64,000 nucleotides of DNA from a phage. Positions within the stretch are counted from its first letter, which is position 1; the number at the start of each line of letters is the position of its first letter. The DNA is taken from sequence record PZ452584.1. One strand, written 5' to 3'. A program made the position numbers and the translations under genes. Of this stretch, positions 23,242 through 33,102 are shown in pieces. The notes below the pieces were generated by a model. That model was not told where the DNA came from and ran no database searches. It saw nothing but the letters and a program-made list of their open reading frames with translations.

Positions 23242-24336
23242 ATGGCAATTGTTAAAGAAATAACTGCTGATTTAATTAAAAAGTCCGGTGAGAAAATTTC
23301 AGCCGGACAGAGCACTAAATCAGAAGTAGGAACTAAAACATACACAGCCCAGTTTCCAACTGGGCGTGCTAGTGGTAATGACACTACAGGGGACTTCCAG
23401 GTAACAGATCTATATAAGAATGGATTATTATTTACTGCATACAATATGTCATCTAGGGATTCTGGAAGTCTTAGATCGATGAGATCTAACTACTCTTCTT
23501 CATCTTCGAGTATTTTACGTACAGCCAGAAACACTATCAGTAATACAGTATCAAAACTGTCAAATGGATTAATATCAGATAATAATTCAGGAACAATAAG
23601 TAAAGCCCCTGTTGCAAATATTCTTTTACCAAGATCTAAATCCGATGTTGATACATCATCACATAGATTTAATGATGTTCAAGAAAGTCTTATCAGCAGA
23701 GGCGGAGGTACTGCTACTGGTGTGCTAAGTAATATTGCTTCAACTGCAGTATTTGGGGCACTGGAAAGTATAACACAAGGTATAATGGCTGATAATAATG
23801 AACAGATTTATACGACAGCAAGAAGTATGTATGGTGGCGCTGAAAATAGAACTAAAGTGTTTACATGGGATTTGACTCCACGTTCCACAGAAGATTTAAT
23901 GGCTATTATTAATATCTATCAATATTTTAACTATTTTTCTTATGGTGAAACGGGTAAATCTCAATATGCTGCTGAAATAAAGGGGTATTTAGATGATTGG
24001 TATCGTTCTACGTTAATTGAACCTTTATCTCCGGAAGACGCAGCTAAAAATAAAACACTATTTGAGAAAATGACATCGAGTTTAACTAACGTTCTAGTAG
24101 TTTCAAACCCGACAATTTGGATGGTGAAAAACTTTGGTGCAACATCTAAGTTTGATGGAAAAACGGAAATATTTGGTCCATGCCAAATACAAAGCATCAG
24201 ATTTGATAAAACGCCTAATGGTAACTTTAACGGATTAGCTATTGCTCCAAACCTCCCTAGTACATTTACTCTTGAGATTACTATGAGAGAAATTATCACG
24301 TTAAACCGTGCTTCTTTATATGCGGGGACTTTTTAA
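23242..24336 (+). CDS. 48: Baseplate tail tube cap gp48
   Basis: 364 aa as in T4. Confidence 0.93.
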   Translation: MAIVKEITADLIKKSGEKISAGQSTKSEVGTKTYTAQFPTGRASGNDTTGDFQVTDLYKNGLLFTAYNMSSRDSGSLRSMRSNYSSSSSSILRTARNTISNTVSKLSNGLISDNNSGTISKAPVANILLPRSKSDVDTSSHRFNDVQESLISRGGGTATGVLSNIASTAVFGALESITQGIMADNNEQIYTTARSMYGGAENRTKVFTWDLTPRSTEDLMAIINIYQYFNYFSYGETGKSQYAAEIKGYLDDWYRSTLIEPLSPEDAAKNKTLFEKMTSSLTNVLVVSNPTIWMVKNFGATSKFDGKTEIFGPCQIQSIRFDKTPNGNFNGLAIAPNLPSTFTLEITMREIITLNRASLYAGTF

Positions 24337-25301
24337 TGTATTCTTTAGAGGAATTTAATAATCAAGCAATAAACGCAGATTTCCAACGTAATAATATGTT
24401 TAGCTGCGTTTTTGCGACAACTCCATCAACTAAAAGCTCTTCGTTGATAAGTTCAATTAGCAACTTTTCTTATAATAACTTGGGTCTAAATTCAGATTGG
24501 TTAGGATTGACTCAAGGCGATATTAATCAGGGAATTACCACGCTAATTACAGCTGGCACACAAAAACTGATAAGAAAATCAGGGGTTAGTAAATATCTTA
24601 TTGGTGCCATGAGTCAACGTACAGTTCAAAGTTTATTGGGCTCATTTACAGTTGGTACATATTTAATTGACTTCTTTAATATGGCATATAACTCATCTGG
24701 ATTGATGATATATTCTGTAAAAATGCCAGAGAATAGATTATCCTATGAAACTGACTGGAACTATAATTCCCCTAATATTCGTATAACTGGGAGAGAATTA
24801 GACCCTTTGGTTATTTCATTTAGGATGGATTCAGAAGCTTGTAACTATCGTGCAATGCAAGACTGGGTTAATGCTGTTCAAGACCCAGTAACTGGATTAC
24901 GTGCTTTGCCACAAGATGTCGAGGCAGATATTCAGGTTAATCTTCATTCTCGTAATGGATTACCTCATACTGCGGTGATGTTCACCGGATGCATTCCAAT
25001 ATCAGTGAGCGCTCCTGAGTTATCATATGATGGAGATAACCAAATAACTACATTTGATGTTACTTTTGCGTATAGAGTGATGCAGGCTGGAGCAGTTGAT
25101 AGGCAAGCTGCGCTTGAATGGCTTGAATCTGCTGCTATAAATGGTATTCAAAGCGTTCTCGGAAATAGTGGAGGTGTTACTGGACTATCTAATTCGCTTT
25201 CACGACTCAGTAGATTAGGGGGAACTGCAGGAAGCATTTCAAACATTAATACTATGACAGGAATTGTCAATTCGCAAAGTAAAATATTAGGAGCAATATA
25301 A
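24336..25301 (+). CDS. 54: Baseplate tail tube initiator gp54
   Basis: 321 aa; hairpin terminator at 25306. Confidence 0.93.
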   Translation: MYSLEEFNNQAINADFQRNNMFSCVFATTPSTKSSSLISSISNFSYNNLGLNSDWLGLTQGDINQGITTLITAGTQKLIRKSGVSKYLIGAMSQRTVQSLLGSFTVGTYLIDFFNMAYNSSGLMIYSVKMPENRLSYETDWNYNSPNIRITGRELDPLVISFRMDSEACNYRAMQDWVNAVQDPVTGLRALPQDVEADIQVNLHSRNGLPHTAVMFTGCIPISVSAPELSYDGDNQITTFDVTFAYRVMQAGAVDRQAALEWLESAAINGIQSVLGNSGGVTGLSNSLSRLSRLGGTAGSISNINTMTGIVNSQSKILGAI

Positions 25302-25305
25302 CAAC

Positions 25306-25323
25306 GGGGACCTTTCGGTCCCC
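25306..25323. terminator. Bidirectional hairpin between 54 and alt.-3
   Basis: GGGGACC-TTTC-GGTCCCC. Confidence 0.7.
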
Positions 25324-25329
25324 ATATTT

Positions 25330-25620
25330 TTATTTGCGGAATGAAATGAAAGCAGAAACTGAAGCAACTAAACTGTCTTCAATATAAACTTCAATTTTTA
25401 CCGGAGCTTCTGATTCAAATTTACCTGTTACTACACCTTGGAAAATACTTTCAGTCTGTTCTGGCTTTGAAAAATTTTCAGAAGGAAAAATTCCGAACTT
25501 TTTATCTGTTCCAAAAATTTTGATAAATTCATCGTAAACTGCTTCATTAAAAGCATTATCAGCAGGAATAACGCCTTCAACTACAAGTTCTTGACCTAAA
25601 AAGCGTAAAGAAGATTTCAT
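25330..25620 (-). CDS. Hypothetical protein (alt.-3 position) with early promoter
   Basis: 96 aa; GAGGA SD; early promoter cassette immediately upstream. Confidence 0.7.
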   Translation of the reverse strand: MKSSLRFLGQELVVEGVIPADNAFNEAVYDEFIKIFGTDKKFGIFPSENFSKPEQTESIFQGVVTGKFESEAPVKIEVYIEDSLVASVSAFISFRK

Positions 25621-25627
25621 TTTGTGT

Positions 25628-25681
25628 TCCTCATGTTATGTCAGTAAGACTACTATAACACAACACGAGGGACTTGTAAAC
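25628..25681 (-). repeat. 54-bp early promoter + leader cassette, copy 1
   Basis: Identical to 40285..40338. Confidence 0.9.
25652..25681 (-). promoter_or_regulatory. Early promoter (GTTTACA-17-TATAGT)
   Basis: T4 early consensus -35 GTTTAC with sigma70-like -10. Confidence 0.7.
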
Positions 25682-27738
25682 TACATTTTGAACTTTTTAG
25701 ACATTCCGTTGATGTTAACCAAAGAAGCCAAGATTTGAGAAACTTCGTTTTCCTCTTCTTTTGATTCTTCTACAAGGAATTGATTAAATCCAGCCATTGG
25801 GCGAACTTCACCAGTTTCCATTAGATGGTCGCCATCATATACTGATTCTTCTAATTGTTCAGAAGGAGGAACGATTGTACCTTCGATTAGATACTTGTTA
25901 TAAGCAGTTTCTTTCATAAAGTACGTGCTCACTTTATTAATCTTCAGTAAAATTCCACGTGGTAGAATAACTTCAGCTTCTGATGGAAATCCTGATAAAT
26001 GACCCGGAACGATAACTTTAATTCGCTCAGCTCCTTTAATTACCATACCCACGCTAGTTTCAGCATCTTCATTAGCATATGTAGAATGACTACCCATATG
26101 CATCAAATCTTCTGCATCAACAGAACCTTCTCCTTCGCCAGAAAATACTGCACCGGAATCATCTAGAGCCATATAGTTTTTACCATGCTCACCGAAGATA
26201 TTTGGTTTAAGCGATGTGGATACGAAGTTCTTGAAATAGAACATTTTGTTTTCAATGTTATGACGCAAAGTTTTAAAGGTAACTTCTTGTCCACGGTAAA
26301 GTGTAGTTCCTGGAGGAAGAACTGAACCTTTAGCGAATGCAGAATCCAACGTCTCGATGTGCTTAATAGCTCGTTCCATATATTCTTCACGGGTAGAATC
26401 TGGTTTACCCAAAAGGAACGAGTTCATTTCAACATATGAATCTGCACAATAATCTTCAATTACATCAGATTCAGCTTGAGTTAATCCTTTTGGAGTTACT
26501 TCGGTGCTTGCGTATTCATATGCCTGAGCGGCAGATTCATTAATCAATTTATAAATGCCATTCATGACAAATTGAATAATAGCTGTCTTTTCATCTGGCG
26601 TAGCTTTAGAACCTTTAACTAAATCATTGATAATTTTCTTAATAACATCAAAGCTATTAGAAATATTAATGTCAGCAAGATCGCTTAAAATTTTATCAGT
26701 TTTATAATCAAAGAATTCTTTATTCTTTAAATATTCTTGAGAACCTTGATATGTTATATCGCTCTGCAACTTGATAGATGGATCACGTAAACGCGCATGG
26801 GCTAATGCAATATGATTTCGGAAGTTTTCTAGTTCATAATCGCTAGATTTAAAACGAGAAGCACTCCTCATACCACCGATAGCTCCTTTGCTGAAGTTTG
26901 AACCAATCTGAATAACGCCAGAGTTCATTGGTCCTTCTGCTTTATATACCGGAACTTTAGATTCAAACTCTTGATATTTCTTAGCAGCGAAGCTATCACC
27001 CTGAAGTGAAGCATCAACAGTAGAATATTGAGCTTGTGCTGCTAATCGACGACTAATTTTAGTTTTCTGAATAACAGCTTGGTCCGTGCGCTTATCATTT
27101 TCTAAAGCAATAGAAGCAGCAACAGCGACAGCTTTAGGAACAGCATTACCTGTTTTAACGTCTACATAAACATCACCAACCTTTGATTCAACTTTTGTGA
27201 ATAACTCAGTTGAAATAGGAGGTACACCTGGAATGTCTTCTAAATTGGCATTTTTACGGTAAACCATAATATATGCATACTTTTTATCATAGTCCCAGAT
27301 TTCCTTTAAAAGAACATATCGACCTGCTCCTTTAGTACGTACTAAACGGTCAGCAATAACTTGCATTTGACGAGCAGCGCCATTTGTTTTACTTTTTAGT
27401 ACGCGGAATAGGCATGCGTCAATTTTATACTGTTTCATTGTTTGAAGAGCAGTATCAAAAACAGCATTAATGACGCCAATTGGATTTCCACCCAAGTTTC
27501 TAAGCTTAACCAGCGATAATTTCTCGTTGACACCTATCATTACGATATGCATCATTTTATCGCCTGGCTTAACGTTTTTATTCGTATCACCACCAGAGGT
27601 GTATGTACAAAATCTAAATCCAGGAAGCACGCTTTCTTCGCCGGCTTGAATAGCAAAAATTTGTGGTATTTTATGCTTAGGATTTAAGTTAACAACCGGC
27701 GCCGAAGCGCCGTCAAATAATTCTGTAATAAGTTCCAT
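25681..27738 (-). CDS. Alt-like ADP-ribosyltransferase paralogue (full length)
   Basis: 685 aa; N-terminal ~200 aa near-identical to Alt; Arg / STS / EAE motifs retained. Confidence 0.88.
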   Translation of the reverse strand: MELITELFDGASAPVVNLNPKHKIPQIFAIQAGEESVLPGFRFCTYTSGGDTNKNVKPGDKMMHIVMIGVNEKLSLVKLRNLGGNPIGVINAVFDTALQTMKQYKIDACLFRVLKSKTNGAARQMQVIADRLVRTKGAGRYVLLKEIWDYDKKYAYIMVYRKNANLEDIPGVPPISTELFTKVESKVGDVYVDVKTGNAVPKAVAVAASIALENDKRTDQAVIQKTKISRRLAAQAQYSTVDASLQGDSFAAKKYQEFESKVPVYKAEGPMNSGVIQIGSNFSKGAIGGMRSASRFKSSDYELENFRNHIALAHARLRDPSIKLQSDITYQGSQEYLKNKEFFDYKTDKILSDLADINISNSFDVIKKIINDLVKGSKATPDEKTAIIQFVMNGIYKLINESAAQAYEYASTEVTPKGLTQAESDVIEDYCADSYVEMNSFLLGKPDSTREEYMERAIKHIETLDSAFAKGSVLPPGTTLYRGQEVTFKTLRHNIENKMFYFKNFVSTSLKPNIFGEHGKNYMALDDSGAVFSGEGEGSVDAEDLMHMGSHSTYANEDAETSVGMVIKGAERIKVIVPGHLSGFPSEAEVILPRGILLKINKVSTYFMKETAYNKYLIEGTIVPPSEQLEESVYDGDHLMETGEVRPMAGFNQFLVEESKEEENEVSQILASLVNINGMSKKFKM

Positions 27739-27741
27739 GAT

Positions 27742-29835
27742 TTATCCTTGAACGAACTTGTAAGGCATGTTTGTAATATCTATGCAAGACGCAATAATTC
27801 CAAGAGATGATTCTACTTTCTGTTTAACATTTGATGAAACAAATGATGCAAAGTCAACTCTGTCTTCTACTTCAATATCACCTGTCATTGCAACTACTTC
27901 GCCGGTTTCCATTAGACGGTCGCCGTCATAAATTACCGATTCGGTGAGTTCTTCCGTAGTCATAACTTCAGCTTGAATGAGTTTTGTATTATTAGATGTT
28001 GTTCCGTCATTATTAGAAGCATCAGTTATTTTATTAACTTTGACCATCAATCCGCGCGGTAGAATAACTTCAGCTTCTGTTGCTATTCCGAGACTTCCTG
28101 GATATACAACATTAACTTTATGAGCTCCATCAATTGCCCATCCTATTTGAACTTTAACGTATTCAGGATTTTCTTTATACGCTCTTATTTCGTTTGGATT
28201 AATAGTTATTCCTTCTTCATTTTTATCAACTGTCAATTCATTACGAGCTTCTGGTTCTAAAAGACCAATACCAGCATGTGTAATTCCAAAACGTCCAAAA
28301 ATGATAGGAGTTAAAGAAGTAGATACAAAATTTCTGAAATAGAACACTTTATTTTTAACTAGTGCTTCGTATATAGGAGCAGTCATACTTTGAGCACGAT
28401 AAACTGTGATGCCTTCCGGTATGCGGTCACCATTTTCAAAAGCTGAATCTAAGTTATTTATAGCAGATTCAATTTCTTTTTCACTCATTACATCATATCG
28501 TTCTGGATTGTAACGACCTAAAAGAAGATTATTGATGTCTGTATATCCTGAACCACAATACTCTCTAATGCCGCGCTTTTGTGATGGAGTATATTTAGAA
28601 CCATCACGGGCAATAGTAATATCAATCATTGGACCTGCACCAATTCCGGAAAAACTATAAATCATTCGTTTGAGGAATTTAGTTTTTGCCGCATTCCAGG
28701 CATTTTTAGTTATTTCTCCCCAGACTTCATCTGACTGCCCTTTACGAGTTTTATTATGTTTATCAAGCCAATTATCTTTGTATTCTTCAAAGAATTTATT
28801 AACAGCTGCTGCGTATTTCTCTAAACATTTTATTGAAGTAGTTGGTTCATTTTTGATTGCGTTAAAAATTACATCTTTAATTTTTTCTGAAACTTCATCA
28901 ACCTCACTTTTTGAAAAGAATTTATAGTCATAGTGAAGTTCATTCGCAGTTCCTTCGGCAATAATTTTTGCTGCCTTAGTTTTAGAAGCTAATGAATTAA
29001 TTCCAAGCTTCATTTCTTCTGCTTCGGGAATTAAAGGAGCGGTAGCAGGTTTATTGAAATTAGCTGCGGTAGATTCATACTTCTGGAATAATTCACTTTC
29101 AAATCTAGAAGATTCCAATGATTGACTTTGCGCAATTGCTCTACGGGAAATTTTAACTTTAACGATTACAGCTTGGTCAGAACGTTTATCATTTTCTTGT
29201 GCAATAGATGCTGCAATTGCCTCATTTTTAGTTACTTGAGCCCCAGTATCTTTATTGATATAAACATCACCGACCTTCGATTCAACTTTAGTAAAGAGCT
29301 CGGTACTAATTTCCGGAACTCCTGGAATGTCTTCTAGTGATGCATTTTTGCGATGTATAAGAATATATGCATACTTTTTATCATAATCCCAGAGTTCCTT
29401 AAGAAGGACGTATCTGCCACCTGAACGACTACGGATAAGTCTATCAGCAATAACTTGAATTTGTCGAGCTTGACCAGCGGTTTTAGACTTAAGAATACGG
29501 AGCATACAGGCATCAATTTTATACTGACGCATAGTTTGCATTGCAACAGTAAAAACTGAATTGATATAATTAATTGGGCTTGGACCAAGACCTTTCAATT
29601 TAGCAATTGAACCTTTAGCAGTTAATGTAAAAGGAACAATATGCATCATTTTATCGCCCATTTTTAAATCGCGATTAGTATCACCTCCAGATGTATAGGT
29701 ACATAAACGAAAGCCTGGTTGTTCAATTGCATCATCAACATGAACTGAAAAAATTTGTGGTATTTTCTTCTTTGGATTTAAGTTTGTAATCGGAAGAGTA
29801 GTATCTTCGTCAAATAATTCTGTAATGAGTTCCAT
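27742..29835 (-). CDS. alt: Alt ADP-ribosyltransferase (capsid-packaged, modifies host RNA polymerase)
   Basis: 697 aa from ATG 29835; N-terminus MELITELFDEDTTLPITNLNPKK; R-STS-EAE motifs; minus-strand late promoter at 29859. Confidence 0.93.
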   Translation of the reverse strand: MELITELFDEDTTLPITNLNPKKKIPQIFSVHVDDAIEQPGFRLCTYTSGGDTNRDLKMGDKMMHIVPFTLTAKGSIAKLKGLGPSPINYINSVFTVAMQTMRQYKIDACMLRILKSKTAGQARQIQVIADRLIRSRSGGRYVLLKELWDYDKKYAYILIHRKNASLEDIPGVPEISTELFTKVESKVGDVYINKDTGAQVTKNEAIAASIAQENDKRSDQAVIVKVKISRRAIAQSQSLESSRFESELFQKYESTAANFNKPATAPLIPEAEEMKLGINSLASKTKAAKIIAEGTANELHYDYKFFSKSEVDEVSEKIKDVIFNAIKNEPTTSIKCLEKYAAAVNKFFEEYKDNWLDKHNKTRKGQSDEVWGEITKNAWNAAKTKFLKRMIYSFSGIGAGPMIDITIARDGSKYTPSQKRGIREYCGSGYTDINNLLLGRYNPERYDVMSEKEIESAINNLDSAFENGDRIPEGITVYRAQSMTAPIYEALVKNKVFYFRNFVSTSLTPIIFGRFGITHAGIGLLEPEARNELTVDKNEEGITINPNEIRAYKENPEYVKVQIGWAIDGAHKVNVVYPGSLGIATEAEVILPRGLMVKVNKITDASNNDGTTSNNTKLIQAEVMTTEELTESVIYDGDRLMETGEVVAMTGDIEVEDRVDFASFVSSNVKQKVESSLGIIASCIDITNMPYKFVQG

Positions 29836-29858
29836 CATATCCTCTCTAGTGTTTATTC

Positions 29859-29866
29859 TATTTATA
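29859..29866 (-). promoter_or_regulatory. Late promoter TATAAATA for alt
   Basis: Minus-strand motif 25 nt upstream of alt ATG. Confidence 0.7.
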
Positions 29867-29874
29867 AAATTAAA

Positions 29875-29886
29875 GGCCCGAAGGCC
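29875..29886 (-). terminator. Hairpin between ligase-side ORF and alt promoter
   Basis: GGCC-CGAA-GGCC flanked by T/A runs. Confidence 0.55.
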
Positions 29887-29887
29887 T

Positions 29888-30076
29888 TTAATAATCTAGT
29901 GGTAAGAGAGTACGGTATATTTCAAACTTTGGACCTTTTTCATAGGCATCAAATGTTTCTGTGAATTTATTATAAGCATATGCATCTACAAATTCGAGAA
30001 TGACTTGTGATACAGAAGTAGAAACATCTCCACCTTCTTTTTGAGCAATGACAATTGTTTCTAAGTAAGCTTTCAT
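29888..30076 (-). CDS. Hypothetical small protein between alt and ligase
   Basis: 62 aa ORF; start overlaps ligase stop. Confidence 0.5.
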   Translation of the reverse strand: MKAYLETIVIAQKEGGDVSTSVSQVILEFVDAYAYNKFTETFDAYEKGPKFEIYRTLLPLDY

Positions 30077-31536
30077 AGACCAGTTACCTCATGAAAATCA
30101 CCAAATACATCCTCGAATGTATTAGCTTTAGTTTTATCTTCACGTAAACGAATCGCAATCGGAAGAAATAATTTAACGTAATCAGTGCGGCCATCAGATT
30201 TTAACCAACCGTTGCATTCGCACTCTAGAATTTTTCCAATATAATAATTTTGGTTTTCCATAATGCGAGTACGGTCAAGTTCATGCGATTTTACACCTGC
30301 TTTATCTTTTAAGCCTGAACCAGCATTTACTTTAATTTTTCCACACTCTGACTCAAGAATAAATCCACCTGCTTTAGTAGGGTCTTTACGGTGAGGATAA
30401 ATTCCTACAATTTTTAAATCAACATCAATTACTTCTTTAAATTTATAGAGATTTTTTGAACGAGCATTTTCCCATAATCCATCGATATTTTTGAGAATAA
30501 TACCTTCAAGACCTTGGTCAATATACTTTTTATAAATTACCTTAGCTTCATCTAGGTTATTTACTACCTGGTTTTCAATTAAAATTACTTTATCATATCC
30601 TGATGTCATTTGTTCTAGTTTAGAAAAACGTACATCATATTTTAAACGAAACACCGGAAGACCATATATTTCTACTAATGGAACATAGTCCCAGACCTGA
30701 AACTTCATGCATTGAGCTTCTTTTTCTGAAATAGTTCCCTTCAAAGATTTATTGGCAATTCCATTAGATGTAGTACGTGATTCAGCTACTTCGGCGAATT
30801 CTTTAGCTTTACTAATTTCAGGATAAGCATCAAAAAGAAAATCTAGGCCTTCTGGTTCCTTTTCAACTTGCTCATGGTATACCAATTCGCCATCAATTAA
30901 CACACCTTCTGGATGAATCTGGCGGGCTTCAGCGGTCATTTTGATTAACTCTTCTTTGAGAAGGTCTAATCCTAGATATTCATTACCAGCTCGTGATAAA
31001 AGACGAACATCATCTAATTCATCACCTTTAACTTCAGCAAAACACCGAGCTCCATCAGCTTTTAATTGGGCAAAGGCTGGAAATTTGATATTCTTATTAA
31101 TGCCTTTTTCATCATAAGAACTTGCAAGCATTTGAGGTTGTTCAGGAATTAAACCTGGCCAAACTTTGTTTGCAATAGATACTGATGCACCGCATTCAAG
31201 GTCTCGCATCATCACCCGACGCAAAACTTCAACATCATCTTTTTTACCATCAGTAATATATCCAGTTAATTCCTCAATTGCCGCATTTCCAGTCAATTTC
31301 CGAGTAGCTAACGTGAATTCAATGAAGTCAAGCATATCGGTAAGAGTCAACATTCCAAAACTCTGGGTAGCAATACCCGGTTTAGGCCATTTCTTGATAT
31401 AATACTGTAACCCACGAGAATAAGTCAGACGATATACTCGTTTAAGCAATTCATTATCTTTATTCTTTTCAAGAATTGCTTGCTTCTGCTTAGTTGAACC
31501 AATAGATGCTATTTCGTTCAGAATTTTAAGAATCAT
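30073..31536 (-). CDS. 30: ATP-dependent DNA ligase
   Basis: 487 aa; KxDG adenylation motif (LKADGARC). Confidence 0.95.
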   Translation of the reverse strand: MILKILNEIASIGSTKQKQAILEKNKDNELLKRVYRLTYSRGLQYYIKKWPKPGIATQSFGMLTLTDMLDFIEFTLATRKLTGNAAIEELTGYITDGKKDDVEVLRRVMMRDLECGASVSIANKVWPGLIPEQPQMLASSYDEKGINKNIKFPAFAQLKADGARCFAEVKGDELDDVRLLSRAGNEYLGLDLLKEELIKMTAEARQIHPEGVLIDGELVYHEQVEKEPEGLDFLFDAYPEISKAKEFAEVAESRTTSNGIANKSLKGTISEKEAQCMKFQVWDYVPLVEIYGLPVFRLKYDVRFSKLEQMTSGYDKVILIENQVVNNLDEAKVIYKKYIDQGLEGIILKNIDGLWENARSKNLYKFKEVIDVDLKIVGIYPHRKDPTKAGGFILESECGKIKVNAGSGLKDKAGVKSHELDRTRIMENQNYYIGKILECECNGWLKSDGRTDYVKLFLPIAIRLREDKTKANTFEDVFGDFHEVTGL

Positions 31537-31802
31537 TGTTCATCCTTTAGAGTTTGGTTTACAGCTCTATTATAAATCAATTCATCATTAAGCTCAGGCA
31601 AAGACCTATGATATGTAGTTCTAACTTTATTTCCTTGCATCCAGTGCTTGACGTAAATGAAACCTTGTTCTACGCATTTTTTAAAAATTCGTTCGTCTTT
31701 TTGAGCTCGGAATTCTGGATTGCATCTAAAAAATTGATTTACGTGACCGTAATCACGTGTAGTATTACCTTCATTTTCATAAATAGTGTGAACAACAAAC
31801 AT
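31533..31802 (-). CDS. Hypothetical protein (30.1 position)
   Basis: 89 aa; synteny. Confidence 0.65.
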   Translation of the reverse strand: MFVVHTIYENEGNTTRDYGHVNQFFRCNPEFRAQKDERIFKKCVEQGFIYVKHWMQGNKVRTTYHRSLPELNDELIYNRAVNQTLKDEQ

Positions 31803-32641
31803 TAGAATGCTCCTTGGAAAATATTATCACCACCAGTAGGTCTATTATACAAATACTCTATGCCACCAGGTTTAATATAGTTCCATGTCTGAAACGGATG
31901 TGTCTGATATGGATGATATAGATGATTATAAGGATTAAATCCAGGAGTTCTCCAGGTAGTATTCCAAGGAAAAGAATCGTTTTTGATCATCTTCTCAATT
32001 ACATCTTTTATAACTTTTTCACTATCAAAACTTTCTTTATTTTCCTTCGATGGAAAAAGCTTATTCTCTACATCATTCCATGTATAAACTCGCTGCGCAG
32101 TTTTTGGAATACTGTCACGCTCCCCTCGAGCCATCCAATAAACAGGAACATTTAATATTTCACTCGCATGATCGCAGTGGTGAGCGAGATCGTCAATATA
32201 ACAAATTACGTTATATTTCTCTTTTGCCTTTTTGAACAACTCTTCTTTTGAAGAATCATGACCACACATCAATACTTCTGAGAAGGCACCAGGAAAAAGA
32301 GCATTCAAATTAAATTGACGATTCAGCAGAGCGTCAATAGAATCACCCAATGCTGTAACAGCTACAAAATTATAATCTTCTTTTAATTTGTTAATTACAC
32401 ACAGGGCATCTTTATACGGAGACAAGTAACGAATAAAATCTGAACGATTGTATTTTTCAATTAACTTGACGCCAAGTTCTTCGTCACAATTAAAGAGTTT
32501 ACCTGGAGAAATAAATTTCTCATCTTGGATCATTTTTAAAATATGTTCTAACGGAAGATTATATTTCTGAGCAAAATAAGGAAGGCCTGATTGCCAGCTT
32601 AAACATACTCCATCAATATCAGTTAAAATAGTAGGCTTCAT
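31802..32641 (-). CDS. HAD-superfamily hydrolase-like protein (30.2 position)
   Basis: 279 aa; N-terminal DxDG motif ILTDIDGVC. Confidence 0.75.
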   Translation of the reverse strand: MKPTILTDIDGVCLSWQSGLPYFAQKYNLPLEHILKMIQDEKFISPGKLFNCDEELGVKLIEKYNRSDFIRYLSPYKDALCVINKLKEDYNFVAVTALGDSIDALLNRQFNLNALFPGAFSEVLMCGHDSSKEELFKKAKEKYNVICYIDDLAHHCDHASEILNVPVYWMARGERDSIPKTAQRVYTWNDVENKLFPSKENKESFDSEKVIKDVIEKMIKNDSFPWNTTWRTPGFNPYNHLYHPYQTHPFQTWNYIKPGGIEYLYNRPTGGDNIFQGAF

Positions 32642-33102
32642 AGAGAGTCTCTTAATAGGTTTAACACATCAATAAATTCAGCTTCGGTTAGTATTGTATC
32701 ATCTTTTGTTAGACCACTAGCCATGCTGTGCTTCAAAACTTTTCCTTTCGAGGCTAGTAATGCATCACGAAAGCCCTTGTTTTGAATCGCTGCTTCAAAA
32801 TATGCATTTGTGTATAATTCTTTCCACGCTGTGGAGTATCTTGAAAACGGAACTCCAAGCCAGAAGAGGGTCCCACGGTCCTGAGCTCTAGCATAAGACC
32901 TTCCAGCTTGTTGGGCGGCAAGCCCGGATAACCCAAATACACGACGTTGTTGTTCAACATTTTTCACCTTGCATCCTTGGAGGAATCCTTCAAGACCTCC
33001 AAATTGAATACCATCCATGACGAAAGGCCATTGGGCAAAATTACTTAATGCGCATGATGGCCATCTAAAATTGCTTCTAATCTCTAACTCAGACATTTTC
33101 AA
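32638..33102 (-). CDS. NADAR / YbiA-family protein (30.3 position)
   Basis: 154 aa; LSNFAQWP...DG...EGFLQGCK resembles E. coli YbiA core FSNFAAWP...DG...EHYFQAQK. Confidence 0.75.
   Translation of the reverse strand: MKMSELEIRSNFRWPSCALSNFAQWPFVMDGIQFGGLEGFLQGCKVKNVEQQRRVFGLSGLAAQQAGRSYARAQDRGTLFWLGVPFSRYSTAWKELYTNAYFEAAIQNKGFRDALLASKGKVLKHSMASGLTKDDTILTEAEFIDVLNLLRDSL

Noticed and set aside
32754-32960. 68-aa alternative-frame ORF inside the NADAR-like gene (30.3' position)
   Set aside because: Fully embedded in another frame of a conserved gene; cannot be supported from sequence alone.
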